Shown here one piece after another: positions 29,738 to 39,408 of a stretch of DNA of 64,000 bases. Below the pieces are notes generated by a model. That model did not search any database. It was not told where the DNA came from and saw nothing but the letters and a program-made list of their open reading frames with translations. This DNA is from an uncultured delta proteobacterium. GTDB lineage: Bacteria; Desulfobacterota; Desulfobacteria; Desulfobacterales; Desulfosalsimonadaceae. The translations under genes and the position numbers were made by a program. Position 1 is the first letter of the stretch; each line of letters starts with the position of its first letter. The DNA lies in assembly GCA_963826785.1 (NCBI GenBank), contig CAWGYD010000011.1, forward strand, positions 31,177 through 95,176, written 5' to 3'.

Positions 29738-30775
29738 TCACCAGTGATAGTAGCCCAGTTTCTTACGGATTTTCAATCGTCTGACCAGGTTGACGGGTTT
29801 TTTCCGCAGACGCCCGCTTGAATTCTGGATGAAACGGTCGGCGGCATCGAAAACCCGGAAACTGGACCGTCCGTCGCGGTACGGGTGAATCCAGTCCGCA
29901 TACGCCCGGATTTTTTCCATCAGCGGCTCCGGCCGGGTCAGGACATGACCAATAGCCGCTTCCAGGCTTGCGGGATCGGTGACGTTGCGCATGTACGGTT
30001 CAGGGGCCCGGTTATTGAATGTCACCACCGGTTTGTGCAGCAGAATAAACTCCGAGATTACCGAGGTGGTGTCCGAGACCATGCAGTCGGCCGATTTCAG
30101 CAGTGGTATGATATCGTCCGTCTTTACGAAACTCAGGTTCTCCCCCTGGATGCCCTGGTATTTTGCAATGACATCCGGATCCATTTTGGGATGAAAAGTG
30201 ATCTTCCATTTCCACTTCCCGCTTTCCGCCAGTTGCCGTACGGTTTCAAACAGCAGCGGGGCTGCGCTCAGCCGGGGGGTAAATGTGGACGTCAGCAGGA
30301 TCTCGGGTCTCTCCTTGTTTTTTTCAACGGCGGGCGGCGGGCTGAAAAGGGGATCCATTTTCGGCCATCCGGTTTCAGCCACCTCGAAGAATCCGTGTTT
30401 TCGGGCCAATTCCGTAAATGGCCCGGTGGTATCCGGTCCCTGGGTGCAGTACAGGTCAAAAAAATTGCGGATACGGAAATGCCCCCGGCCGCTGCTTCGT
30501 TTCCTGGCATGAAACCCATGAAATACTTCGACTTTAATGCCGGGAAAGAAATCGGGAACCGTGTTTCCCGGAACAAAAACCGCATCGGGGCGATACGCCA
30601 TAACTGATTCGATTGTCGATAATTGCCTTTCACCCGGGCGCAGATAGGGCCCCAGGCGCAAATCGTCCTCTAAAAACCAGGCGGCCTCGTCCCCCCGCTC
30701 CCGGATAGCCGCCTGGAGCGGCCGGACAATGGAAAACGCGTACAACTCCGAGATGTAAAACAGGTATTTATTCAT
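29738..30775 (-). CDS. CDP-glycerol glycerophosphotransferase (TagB/TagF-like) family protein
   Basis: VFHG, TGWPKMD, STF, FHP, MVSDTTSVISEF; start ATG 30775 (MNKYLFY). Confidence 0.8.
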   Translation of the reverse strand: MNKYLFYISELYAFSIVRPLQAAIRERGDEAAWFLEDDLRLGPYLRPGERQLSTIESVMAYRPDAVFVPGNTVPDFFPGIKVEVFHGFHARKRSSGRGHFRIRNFFDLYCTQGPDTTGPFTELARKHGFFEVAETGWPKMDPLFSPPPAVEKNKERPEILLTSTFTPRLSAAPLLFETVRQLAESGKWKWKITFHPKMDPDVIAKYQGIQGENLSFVKTDDIIPLLKSADCMVSDTTSVISEFILLHKPVVTFNNRAPEPYMRNVTDPASLEAAIGHVLTRPEPLMEKIRAYADWIHPYRDGRSSFRVFDAADRFIQNSSGRLRKKPVNLVRRLKIRKKLGYYHW

Positions 30776-31619
30776 CCGCCGGTTTCTTTCCCGACGCCTG
30801 CAGTTTCGCCGTTTGTCGCAGCGTCCATAACCCGGCATACTTGTTGAAGCTGCTCTGGCTGTACATCACCGCCACCAGGAATCCCACCCGGCCGTCTAAA
30901 AACCCCAGGCGAAAAATATAAATCAGGACAAAGGTCAACAGGGCCCGCACGGCGGCGCCGGTGATCCCGAACCCGGTTTTTCCGTCCTGAAACCTCTTCT
31001 GTGCGCCGATCCATGCATAGGTCCGGTTCTTGTAGAGGTAATGGCCGAAGTCCCGGTGGGTGTGGTGGAGCAGCCGCCCTTTTAGTTTCCCGATGCGGCC
31101 CGGCGGCAGAACGATCTTGCCGTGAATGACCGTCGGGGTAAATCGCGCCCCTTTTCGCCGGAAGAGCCGCAGGGGCGCGCGCCCGGTCCGGCCGTGATAC
31201 AGTTTTCTGCCGAACACGATGGTCAGCCACTGCAGCTTGAACCCCATTTCACCCGGCGAACCGCTCAAAACCGCATCCATCTCCTGAAGCAGACCGGGGC
31301 TCAACTGCTCGTCCGCATCGATGCACAGCACCCATTCGCAGGTGGCCTTTTCCAGGGCGCGCTGCTTCTGCGGGCCGTCTCCCGGCCAGTCTTCGGTGAT
31401 ATGAACATTTGGCGTGTACTGCCGGGCGATTTCCACCGTCCGGTCCGTGCTGCCGCTGTCAAACACGATGATTTCATCGGCGATGGAGGCCACCGATTTC
31501 AGGCAGTTCTCAATCCGGTCCGCCTCATTCATCGCCACCATGATGATCGACAGGGTGTAATTTTTCCGCCGGGCACCCTGGCTCTCTTTTCCCAGGGGAG
31601 GAAAGGTTCTGGGCTGCAT
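30768..31619 (-). CDS. GT2 LPS-core glycosyltransferase (WaaE/KdtX-like)
   Basis: NEADRIENCL, DSGSTD, QKQRAL, IDADE, LGFLDG. Confidence 0.88.
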   Translation of the reverse strand: MQPRTFPPLGKESQGARRKNYTLSIIMVAMNEADRIENCLKSVASIADEIIVFDSGSTDRTVEIARQYTPNVHITEDWPGDGPQKQRALEKATCEWVLCIDADEQLSPGLLQEMDAVLSGSPGEMGFKLQWLTIVFGRKLYHGRTGRAPLRLFRRKGARFTPTVIHGKIVLPPGRIGKLKGRLLHHTHRDFGHYLYKNRTYAWIGAQKRFQDGKTGFGITGAAVRALLTFVLIYIFRLGFLDGRVGFLVAVMYSQSSFNKYAGLWTLRQTAKLQASGKKPADE

Positions 31620-32005
31620 CAGCGATACCGGACATATTCTTTTTCTTCCATGACTTCGGAGCCGTACTTGATATTGATCTGCTTTTTCACCTCAGCCCGC
31701 TCATCGTTGGTGAAATAAACGCTGCGGGCCAGGCCGATGAATTCCTGGTCGAATTCCTGTTTCGCCTCCTTGTTCCGGATGAGGTCCTCGATCTCCCAGA
31801 GCTTTCTGTTGATGGTTTCAAGGCGGACAAATTCATCCGAATCCGTGCCGATGCCGGCAGAGGCCATTGAATCGCTCAGAATTCCATATTCCTTCTCGAT
31901 ATTGGCCCGCTTTTTTTCATCCTTGATCTTCTGCCGTTTAATGGACAGGATGGAAACCTTGTCCACTAATTCCCCCACTGAAACTTCCACCTTCATGCCA
32001 TGCAT
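31619..32005 (-). CDS. Small helical protein, DUF6165-like
   Basis: VSVGELVDKVSILSIK, LWEIED, ARSVYFTNDERA, EEKEY. Confidence 0.75.
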   Translation of the reverse strand: MHGMKVEVSVGELVDKVSILSIKRQKIKDEKKRANIEKEYGILSDSMASAGIGTDSDEFVRLETINRKLWEIEDLIRNKEAKQEFDQEFIGLARSVYFTNDERAEVKKQINIKYGSEVMEEKEYVRYR

Positions 32006-32137
32006 CCCTTCCCCTGTCTATGGGCTGAACACAAAGCCCATATTTTCGCATTTTCCAATGATTTGTCGGTTAATGGATTGATTTTTTGAAAAAAACTTTA
32101 TAGATTCAACTTTTTTTGTGCAAGCAAAAAAGTTTTT

Positions 32138-33214
32138 ATGAGGATGGCCATGCCGAAAGTCGATGCTCAGAATATCTGCCTGATCCGGACCTCCGCCCTG
32201 GGGGATACGGTGCATGCCATGGCGTTTGTAAACGGGCTGCGCAAAGGCTATCCCAATGCCCGACTGACCTGGATACTGCAGAATATCCCATATGAAATGG
32301 TGCGGCATCAGCCGGGTATCGACCGGTTCATCCCCTTTGACCGAAAAGGGGATTTGAAAGCCTGGATCGGGCGCTGCTGCACACCATTCGCAAAGGAATT
32401 TTATGACCTGCTGATCGTCCCCCAAGTCAGTGCCAAGGCCAGCCTGCTGGCAGCATTTGTCCGGGCGAGGGTCAAAATCGGCTATGATCGAAACCGCTCC
32501 GATTTCCTGCACCAATGGGCCGTTCGCGAACACATCCCGGCCCGGCCGGTGCAGCACGCCCGGGACCAGTTCTTCGAATTCCTGGAGTATCTGGAGATCT
32601 CAAAACCCGATGACGAGCCCTGTTTTTGTTTTACCCGTGAGGAGCGGCAATGGAAAAAATCTTTTTTCGGAAACATTGAACGGCCGGTGATCGGTTTTGT
32701 GGTTTCTTCGTCCAATCCGGACAAGGATTGGGACCCGGAGGGGTATTCCCGGGTCATTGACCATGTGGAAGAAAACCTTGGATTTCAGCCGATGCTGATT
32801 GGCGGCCCGGGCAGCGTGGAAGCCAAAAGCGCCCGACGGATCCTTGATTTATGCCGGACGGAACCACTGATGGCTTTTGAAAAACCGATCCGCAGGACCC
32901 TGCTGCAGCTCTCCGGGTGCCGGATGGTGGTGTCGCCGGACACCGGTCCGCTGCATATGGCGGTGGCTTTAAATGTCCCGACGGTGGGGCTCTATGGATA
33001 TTCGAACCCGAGAAGATGCGGACCGTATCGAAAATACCGGGATCTTCTGATCGATAAATATAACGATCATGACCAACCGGCCCGGCCGATCAGCCGTATC
33101 ACCCTGCCGGGCAGGATGCAGTGCATCACCCCGGAAGAGGTGATCGAAAAAATCGAATACGGACTGCAGGCATACCCCCCGGCCACTGAAAAACAGGAAA
33201 TCGCGGGAAAATGA
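32138..33214 (+). CDS. GT9 ADP-heptose:LPS heptosyltransferase
   Basis: RTSALGDTVH, KDW, SPDTGPLHMAVALNVPTVGLYG. Confidence 0.9.
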   Translation: MRMAMPKVDAQNICLIRTSALGDTVHAMAFVNGLRKGYPNARLTWILQNIPYEMVRHQPGIDRFIPFDRKGDLKAWIGRCCTPFAKEFYDLLIVPQVSAKASLLAAFVRARVKIGYDRNRSDFLHQWAVREHIPARPVQHARDQFFEFLEYLEISKPDDEPCFCFTREERQWKKSFFGNIERPVIGFVVSSSNPDKDWDPEGYSRVIDHVEENLGFQPMLIGGPGSVEAKSARRILDLCRTEPLMAFEKPIRRTLLQLSGCRMVVSPDTGPLHMAVALNVPTVGLYGYSNPRRCGPYRKYRDLLIDKYNDHDQPARPISRITLPGRMQCITPEEVIEKIEYGLQAYPPATEKQEIAGK

Positions 33215-33904
33215 CATTTTTCCAGACGCATTATACCTATCGCATCGGTTCGTCATCCGCGCTGTCCGGGCGCCAGATGGCCCAGCTGGTGCAGGGATTC
33301 GAACAGCCGCTGAAATCGGCCGATGAAATACTGGAAGGACGCTATCGGATCAGCCGGCTGAGGCTGGAAGACTGCGGCCCGGTTGTGGTCAAGCAGTATA
33401 CCCGGGGGGGGATCATCCGGCACTTCAATCAAAAGACGTATATCCGGCTGGGCAAATCCCGGGCCCGGGCCGAATACGAACTCCTGCGATATCTCGAGGG
33501 GCTTCATGTCCGCGTATTGTCGCCGGTGGCTTTTGCGGAACAGGGAATGCTCTTTTACCAGCGCCTGGCTGGTCACAAAGGAAATCGTTGCAGCACGGTC
33601 CCTGGCCTGGCTCAGCCTCCAGGACTGGGCCCGGGCCCGCTCGGCCATGAAGCAGTTGATCCGGGACATCCGTACCCTGATCGGCCACCAGATTTATCAC
33701 CGGGATCTGCACCCCGGAAATGTGCTGGTGGACCCCGAAGATGAAATCCGGCTCATTGATTTCGACAAGGCGACCCGGGGCCGGATAAACCGGCAGGCAC
33801 TGGCCGGACGATATATTTCAAGATGGGAGCGGGCGGTGGGCAAGTATCGACTGCCGCCGGCACTGACCGGCATTTTACGAAAAGGGCTCGAGGATTTAAA
33901 ATAA
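33211..33904 (+). CDS. Kdo/LPS kinase (KdkA/InaA-like); one frameshift near 33560
   Basis: VKQYTRGG in ORF 33211 joins YHRDLHPGNVL and LIDFDK in ORF 33383..33904. Confidence 0.8.
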
Positions 33905-33986
33905 GGATTCAAAATGGGCGGGGGGCTCGCTATCAAGCCGGAGCCGGGAAAAGACGGAAAAGACTCAATCCGCCTTTCAGACAAAA

Positions 33987-34019
33987 AAAGCGGGCGATGG
34001 CATGAACATCGCCCGCTTT
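33987..34019 (-). terminator. Rho-independent terminator after the PxxKW gene
   Basis: AAAGCGGGCGATG / CATCGCCCGCTTT inverted repeat with an A-run on + (U tail on minus). Confidence 0.8.
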
Positions 34020-34025
34020 GATATT

Positions 34026-34313
34026 CTATTTTTTTCCGCCGCCGCCGCGTTTGGAGGCTTTGATGGGGTTGAGTTTCGCCTTTTCTTCCTTGACGCTGAT
34101 GGTAATGTGGGTGGCCAGGTTGCAGTTGCCATGCTTCCACTTCAATGAGGGGTCCGGCGCCGCTGAGCAGAACCAGCCGGCTTCATACTGCCGGCTGCGG
34201 GCGCACCCGGTGCAGGATTCGATTACCTGAATACATGAACCTCCATTGAACGTACACCCTTTGGCGGTCATGAAGGTGCAGGATTCTCCATTTCTTACGG
34301 TTGTGCAGATCAT
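34026..34313 (-). CDS. PxxKW-family cysteine-rich protein
   Basis: Eight Cys, PSLKW, CNLATH, LNPIKASKR; AAGGAGG RBS. Confidence 0.88.
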   Translation of the reverse strand: MICTTVRNGESCTFMTAKGCTFNGGSCIQVIESCTGCARSRQYEAGWFCSAAPDPSLKWKHGNCNLATHITISVKEEKAKLNPIKASKRGGGGKK

Positions 34314-34696
34314 TTATGTGTTCCTCCTTGGGACTGATTTACTAAACAACGGCGCCGGGATGGGTACCATCTGCGGCGCCGTTGGATGTCTGATATGATT
34401 TGAAAACAAATTGGAATGTCCTTTTAAACAAATCGGGCCGCCATGTCAATCATTTTTATTTAATTCTTCTTTTTTTCCATCCACACATTTTGATGAACCG
34501 CACTCACGGCAAAAATCGTGGAACTTAAACATATCTTGATTTATTGAAAAAAAATTGTATGGTTATGATAAAAAAATCTTCGCCAGAACCGCATTTGCAC
34601 ATCATCCCGGCGCAGGCGGTCCTTTGTTCAAGTTCAAGGAAGGCGAAAACTTTAACCGCAGGAATACTCAGTGTGGATTTTGATCCGAATGCGCTG

Positions 34697-34733
34697 AAAT
34701 CCCCCTAAATCCCCCTTTAAAAAGGGGGACTTT
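34697..34733. repeat. REP-like palindromic repeat
   Basis: AAATCCCCCT tandem followed by the hairpin TCCCCCTTT-AA-AAAGGGGGA. Confidence 0.5.
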
Positions 34734-34827
34734 GGGCCGAGGCTCACTGGGAAAACCCATTCACTGGAGTTTTCAAGATATCCAAAATATTTAAATCCAT
34801 AAACCCCAAATTCTGTGAAAGGGCCGC

Positions 34828-35802
34828 ATGTCGATTGATCTGGCCAAAAATGTCCTTAAAATTGAAGCAGAAGGTATTTCAAAGCTCATCGATCGAATCG
34901 ATGAGCGGTTTGCCCGGATGGTGGATCTGATTTACCAGTCCCGGGGACGGGTGATCATCGCCGGAATCGGGAAATCGGGTATCATCGGTCGAAAAATTTC
35001 AGCCACTTTGAACAGCACCGGCACCCGGTCCATGTTTCTTCATCCGGTGGAAGCGATGCATGGTGACCTGGGGATCGTTTCGGGTGAGGATGTCTTCGTT
35101 GCGCTTTCCAACAGCGGTGAGACAGACGAACTCAACATTCTCATCCCCAGCATTCGCAAGGCCGGTTGCAAGGTGATCGCATTTACGGGCAACCAGCGAT
35201 CCACCCTGGCGGAGCTCAGCGACATCGTCATCGACGTGGGTGTTGAAGTGGAAGCATGCCCCCTGGGGCTTGCCCCCACCGCCAGCACCACCGCGCTGCT
35301 GGCCATGGGAGACGCCCTGGCAGTGGCCCTGATTGACAAGCGCAAATTCAGTCCGCAGGATTTCAGGCAGTTTCATCCCGGTGGAAATCTCGGCCGACGG
35401 CTGTCCTACCGGGTGGAAGACATCATGCTCACCGGTGAGGCGATCCCCTGGGTATACGAGGGGACCGAATTCGAAATCGCCTTGACGGTCCTGAACAGCA
35501 AAAAGCTGGGGGTCCTTTTCGTTCTGAGAAAAGATAAATCCTTGAGCGGTATTATCACGGATGGCGATGTCCGGCGGATGGTGGTCAACAAGACCCGTTT
35601 CGAAGAGCGCAGTGTGGAGGAAATGATGACCCAAAATCCCAAATCGATTCCGGCCAACACCCCCCTCTATGAGGCATTGAACCTCATGGAAGTTCACCAG
35701 ATCACGGTGCTGCCGGTGGTCGATCCGGGCGGACGGGTGCCGGGTGTTTTGCATCTTCATGATATTCTGGGTAAGGGTGCCGTTAAATTTCATGGCATGT
35801 GA
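34828..35802 (+). CDS. kdsD: Arabinose-5-phosphate isomerase KdsD (KpsF/GutQ; SIS + 2 CBS)
   Basis: GIGKSG, HPVEAMHGDLG, EACPLGLAPTASTT, FHPGGNLG, ITDGD, HLHD. Confidence 0.93.
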   Translation: MSIDLAKNVLKIEAEGISKLIDRIDERFARMVDLIYQSRGRVIIAGIGKSGIIGRKISATLNSTGTRSMFLHPVEAMHGDLGIVSGEDVFVALSNSGETDELNILIPSIRKAGCKVIAFTGNQRSTLAELSDIVIDVGVEVEACPLGLAPTASTTALLAMGDALAVALIDKRKFSPQDFRQFHPGGNLGRRLSYRVEDIMLTGEAIPWVYEGTEFEIALTVLNSKKLGVLFVLRKDKSLSGIITDGDVRRMVVNKTRFEERSVEEMMTQNPKSIPANTPLYEALNLMEVHQITVLPVVDPGGRVPGVLHLHDILGKGAVKFHGM

Positions 35803-37175
35803 TTCTTATGAAAAAAGCCATGCGAACCGATGAAGGATATTCCATGTTCGATTTTACAGAAATTAATACCCGCATCGAAACACTGGGTGAAGCAAAAATC
35901 GATTCCCCTTTTTTAAAGGAAATCAAGGGGGGAAGTGAAGAAATATTCAAGACCGATGATGAACGGATCCTGCTGGACGTGTCGGCAGCCCGCGTGGCCC
36001 AGACGATACAGAATGGAACTGCGCCGGCGGCATTTGAACTGGCCGGCCCCAGGCGAAAGATTTATTTTGACACCAGCAAGCTGAAATGCGCCCTGGTGAC
36101 CTGCGGCGGGCTGTGCCCGGGCCTGAACAACGTCATCCGCTCCATCGTTCTGGAACTCTATTACCGCTACAATGTCAAGCTCATCTACGGCATCCGGTAC
36201 GGACTCCAGGGATTTATCCCCAAGTACGGCCACGATCTGATTACGCTCAACCCGGAAAAAGTCGTCAATATCCACGAGATGGGCGGCTCGATGCTGGGGT
36301 CCTCCCGGGGGCCGCAGGACATCGAGGCCATCGTGGACTGCCTGGAACGCATCAATATCGGCATTCTGTTCATGATCGGCGGGGACGGCACCCTGAGGGC
36401 GGCCACTAAGATCGTGGAGGAGATTCGGCGGCGCAACGCCAAAATCAGCGTGATCGGAATCCCAAAGACCATCGATAATGACATTTACATGGTGGCAAAA
36501 TCATTCGGATTCGATACGGCGGTGGATATTGCCACGGAAGCGATCAAGGGCGCCCACAAGGAGGCCGAGGGGTATCCCTGCGGCATCGGCCTGATCAAGC
36601 TGATGGGGCGCCATTCCGGATTTATCGCCGCTACCGCGGCACTGGCCCAGCAGGATGTGAATTTCGTTCTGGTACCGGAAATCAAATTTGATCTGGAGGG
36701 GGAAAACGGCCTTCTGGCCAAGCTGGAGCAGCGGATCAAGGACCGGATGCATGCGGTCATTCTGGTGGCCGAAGGCGCGGGCCAGAATTTCTTCGAGCAT
36801 GAGGAAATCCGCTACGACCCCTCAGGCAACCTGAAGCTCCATGATATCGGCATTTTCCTCAAGGATCAGATCCAGTCGTATTTTCATTCGAAAAATATCG
36901 ATATCACGCTGAAGTACATTGACCCCAGTTACATGATCCGGAGCCTTCCGGCAAACTCCAATGACCATGTTTATTGCGGCTTCCTGGGCCGGGACGCGGT
37001 TCATGCGGGGATGGCCGGAAAGACCGACATGATCATCGGGCACTGGAACAATTTCTTCGTCAATGTGCCCATGCCGCTGGTGACATCCGGGCGCAAACGG
37101 GTCGATCCGGGAGGAAAACTCTGGCAGACGGTACTGGGGTCGACAGGCCAGGGGGCGCTGGTGAATTATCGCTAA
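35799..37175 (+). CDS. pfkA: 6-phosphofructokinase (long form, GGDG type, probably ATP-dependent)
   Basis: TCGGLCPG, LGSSRG, GGDGT, PKTIDND, KLMGRHSG, KYIDPSY; true start may be later (MFDFTE). Confidence 0.9.
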   Translation: MILMKKAMRTDEGYSMFDFTEINTRIETLGEAKIDSPFLKEIKGGSEEIFKTDDERILLDVSAARVAQTIQNGTAPAAFELAGPRRKIYFDTSKLKCALVTCGGLCPGLNNVIRSIVLELYYRYNVKLIYGIRYGLQGFIPKYGHDLITLNPEKVVNIHEMGGSMLGSSRGPQDIEAIVDCLERINIGILFMIGGDGTLRAATKIVEEIRRRNAKISVIGIPKTIDNDIYMVAKSFGFDTAVDIATEAIKGAHKEAEGYPCGIGLIKLMGRHSGFIAATAALAQQDVNFVLVPEIKFDLEGENGLLAKLEQRIKDRMHAVILVAEGAGQNFFEHEEIRYDPSGNLKLHDIGIFLKDQIQSYFHSKNIDITLKYIDPSYMIRSLPANSNDHVYCGFLGRDAVHAGMAGKTDMIIGHWNNFFVNVPMPLVTSGRKRVDPGGKLWQTVLGSTGQGALVNYR

Positions 37176-37181
37176 TCGAAA

Positions 37182-39227
37182 TTACTTCGGGATCTCGGTG
37201 ATCCGGTTCCGGGTGATGCTCAGCAAATAAATCTGCTTGACCGCCTCTCCGTTCGGGGCAAAGGATGTGATCCCGGTCACTCCCTGAAACGGCCTCATTT
37301 CCAGCAGGGCCTTTTGCACCTGACTTCTAAAACGCACTTCCTTCCGGTTGATGGTTTCAAACAGGATCATGGCGGTATCATAGCTGACGCCTTCGATAAA
37401 TCCGGGAGAATCGCCATAGGTCTTTTTGTAGGAGGCGACAAATTGCGCGACGGGTGCCGACCGGCTGTTCTCAAAAAATCCGTCTGAAAATACCGCCTGC
37501 TGGGAATGGTACCGGATCATATCGATGAATTTTTCCGAGTGCCACAGGTTGGTGCCCAGACAAAGGACATCAGAGACATCATAATAAGAAAGCTGGGGGA
37601 TGATCAGCCCGGCTTTGTTTGCCGAATCCGGGATAAAGATGGCGTCAAAATCGACCACGGGCTCGAATTCGTCCTCACCCCGCTTTTCCGGGATTATTTC
37701 ATCCGGATCCTCATTTGAAAAGGAATTTGCCAGATCGTCCTTCCAGTTTTCGCTGTCCAGTCCCGGAATCAGTTTATCGGTTTTCGACCGCACCGCGCCC
37801 CTGCCTTCTGCGTCATCTGAGTTATAGAGTGCCAGAGGCACAACCGGTTTCTCCTCCTTCAGGTCCTCCGGGATGTCGTAATAGAGTCCCACCAGTTTTT
37901 TAATTGCGTCCGCAAAATCAGTCTGGGCGGGATCATACGATTCAACCCCCACTACCCGTCCCCCGTGGGCATTCACCTCATCCCAGAACAGGTTCATGAA
38001 GGTTTCCCCGTAATTTTCCGACGGATAGAGAATGGCGAATCGCTTCATCCCCAGGTGATCAGCGGCATACGAGAGCAGCGTCTTCACCTGGATTTCGGGC
38101 GTCAAAAAATTTCTGAACACATAATCCCCGGCATTTGTGATTCCGGTTTTCTGGGTCAGTGTGATGATCGGTATTCTGGCTTCCTGGGCGATGGGCGCCA
38201 CGGCTTCTGCAGTCATCAGAGGGCCGATGATGGCGGAAACCTTCATGCTGACCAGCTCGCGCGCCGCGGATGCCGCTGTTTCCGAATCCGATGCCGTATC
38301 CCGGATGATCAGCCGAACCGAAGACACCCCGGTTTTCCGGTAAAATTCGGCCAGGGCCAGTTCAATGCCGTTCAACGCCCGTTTACCAAAGGGTTCGTAT
38401 TTGCCGCTCAGCGGCAGGAGGCATCCCACTGTTTCTTTTTCATATTCCCCGGCGGCTTTGATTTTTTCCAGAAGCTGGCGCGCCTGACCGGCATATTCAT
38501 GTTCCGGAAATTGCGCCGCCAGGCGTGACAGAATATCAACCGCTTCATCAAAGGATCCCGCCTCCATGGCATTGACCCCCTGCTGGTACATCAGATAAAC
38601 GCTGGGGGGTTTTCCGTTGAGCCGCCGCAGTTCGGCTGAAATGGTTGCGGGATCCAGAAGCGCGATGGCGGTCTTCAGGCGCATGATCACCTGTGCTTCT
38701 TCATTGCCGCCGGCATATTCGAGGGCTTTTAAGAAAGCGTCATACGCTGCTTTGGGGAACTTGAGGGCGAGACTGGAATCTCCAAACATGAGATTTGCCC
38801 TGAACAGCTGGGGTCCGGAAAGTTTCATGGCCAGGACTTCACCGGCATATTGCCGCACCTGATCATAGCGGCCCTGGAAATAATAGGCCGCCAGGAGTTC
38901 CACTCCGGCCTGCTTTGACTCCCCGGTATCCGGGTATGACTCCATAACCCGCCGAAAAACAGCCGCCGCAGCTGGGAAATCACCCTGGAGCAGCTCGATC
39001 TGGCCGGTTTTCACCAGCGCTGCCGGCACCCGGGGCGCCTGGGGATAGTCGTTCACATACTGCCGGTAGAGCTTAAGTGCGGTGGAATATGACTTTTGTT
39101 CAAATGCCCGCTGGGCGGATACAAAGAGCTCCTCCCCCGGTTCCTTCTGCCATGACGCCGGCATCCGCGCACAGGAGAGGCAGCAGAGCGCCAGCATAAA
39201 GACCATTAATCGACGTGACATATTCAT
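37182..39227 (-). CDS. LpoA-like lipoprotein (TPR repeats + periplasmic binding-protein domain)
   Basis: Lipobox LSC, TPR-like helices, VGCLLPLSG, AIIGP, DFDAIFIPD, GVTGITSF. Confidence 0.8.
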   Translation of the reverse strand: MNMSRRLMVFMLALCCLSCARMPASWQKEPGEELFVSAQRAFEQKSYSTALKLYRQYVNDYPQAPRVPAALVKTGQIELLQGDFPAAAAVFRRVMESYPDTGESKQAGVELLAAYYFQGRYDQVRQYAGEVLAMKLSGPQLFRANLMFGDSSLALKFPKAAYDAFLKALEYAGGNEEAQVIMRLKTAIALLDPATISAELRRLNGKPPSVYLMYQQGVNAMEAGSFDEAVDILSRLAAQFPEHEYAGQARQLLEKIKAAGEYEKETVGCLLPLSGKYEPFGKRALNGIELALAEFYRKTGVSSVRLIIRDTASDSETAASAARELVSMKVSAIIGPLMTAEAVAPIAQEARIPIITLTQKTGITNAGDYVFRNFLTPEIQVKTLLSYAADHLGMKRFAILYPSENYGETFMNLFWDEVNAHGGRVVGVESYDPAQTDFADAIKKLVGLYYDIPEDLKEEKPVVPLALYNSDDAEGRGAVRSKTDKLIPGLDSENWKDDLANSFSNEDPDEIIPEKRGEDEFEPVVDFDAIFIPDSANKAGLIIPQLSYYDVSDVLCLGTNLWHSEKFIDMIRYHSQQAVFSDGFFENSRSAPVAQFVASYKKTYGDSPGFIEGVSYDTAMILFETINRKEVRFRSQVQKALLEMRPFQGVTGITSFAPNGEAVKQIYLLSITRNRITEIPK

Positions 39228-39408
39228 TTCTGATATCAATACCCGCAAAGATCGGTTGAAATATACGAATATAAAGTCCTTAAGGGCATGCCCGCAAGAC
39301 AAATAACGCTGCTTGACACATCCCATATACTGGCTTTATAGTGAAAATGCAAATTTTCGGGATAAGATTTTTGTTAGACTACATTTTCCATACGCAAGGG
39401 GGCGGTCC

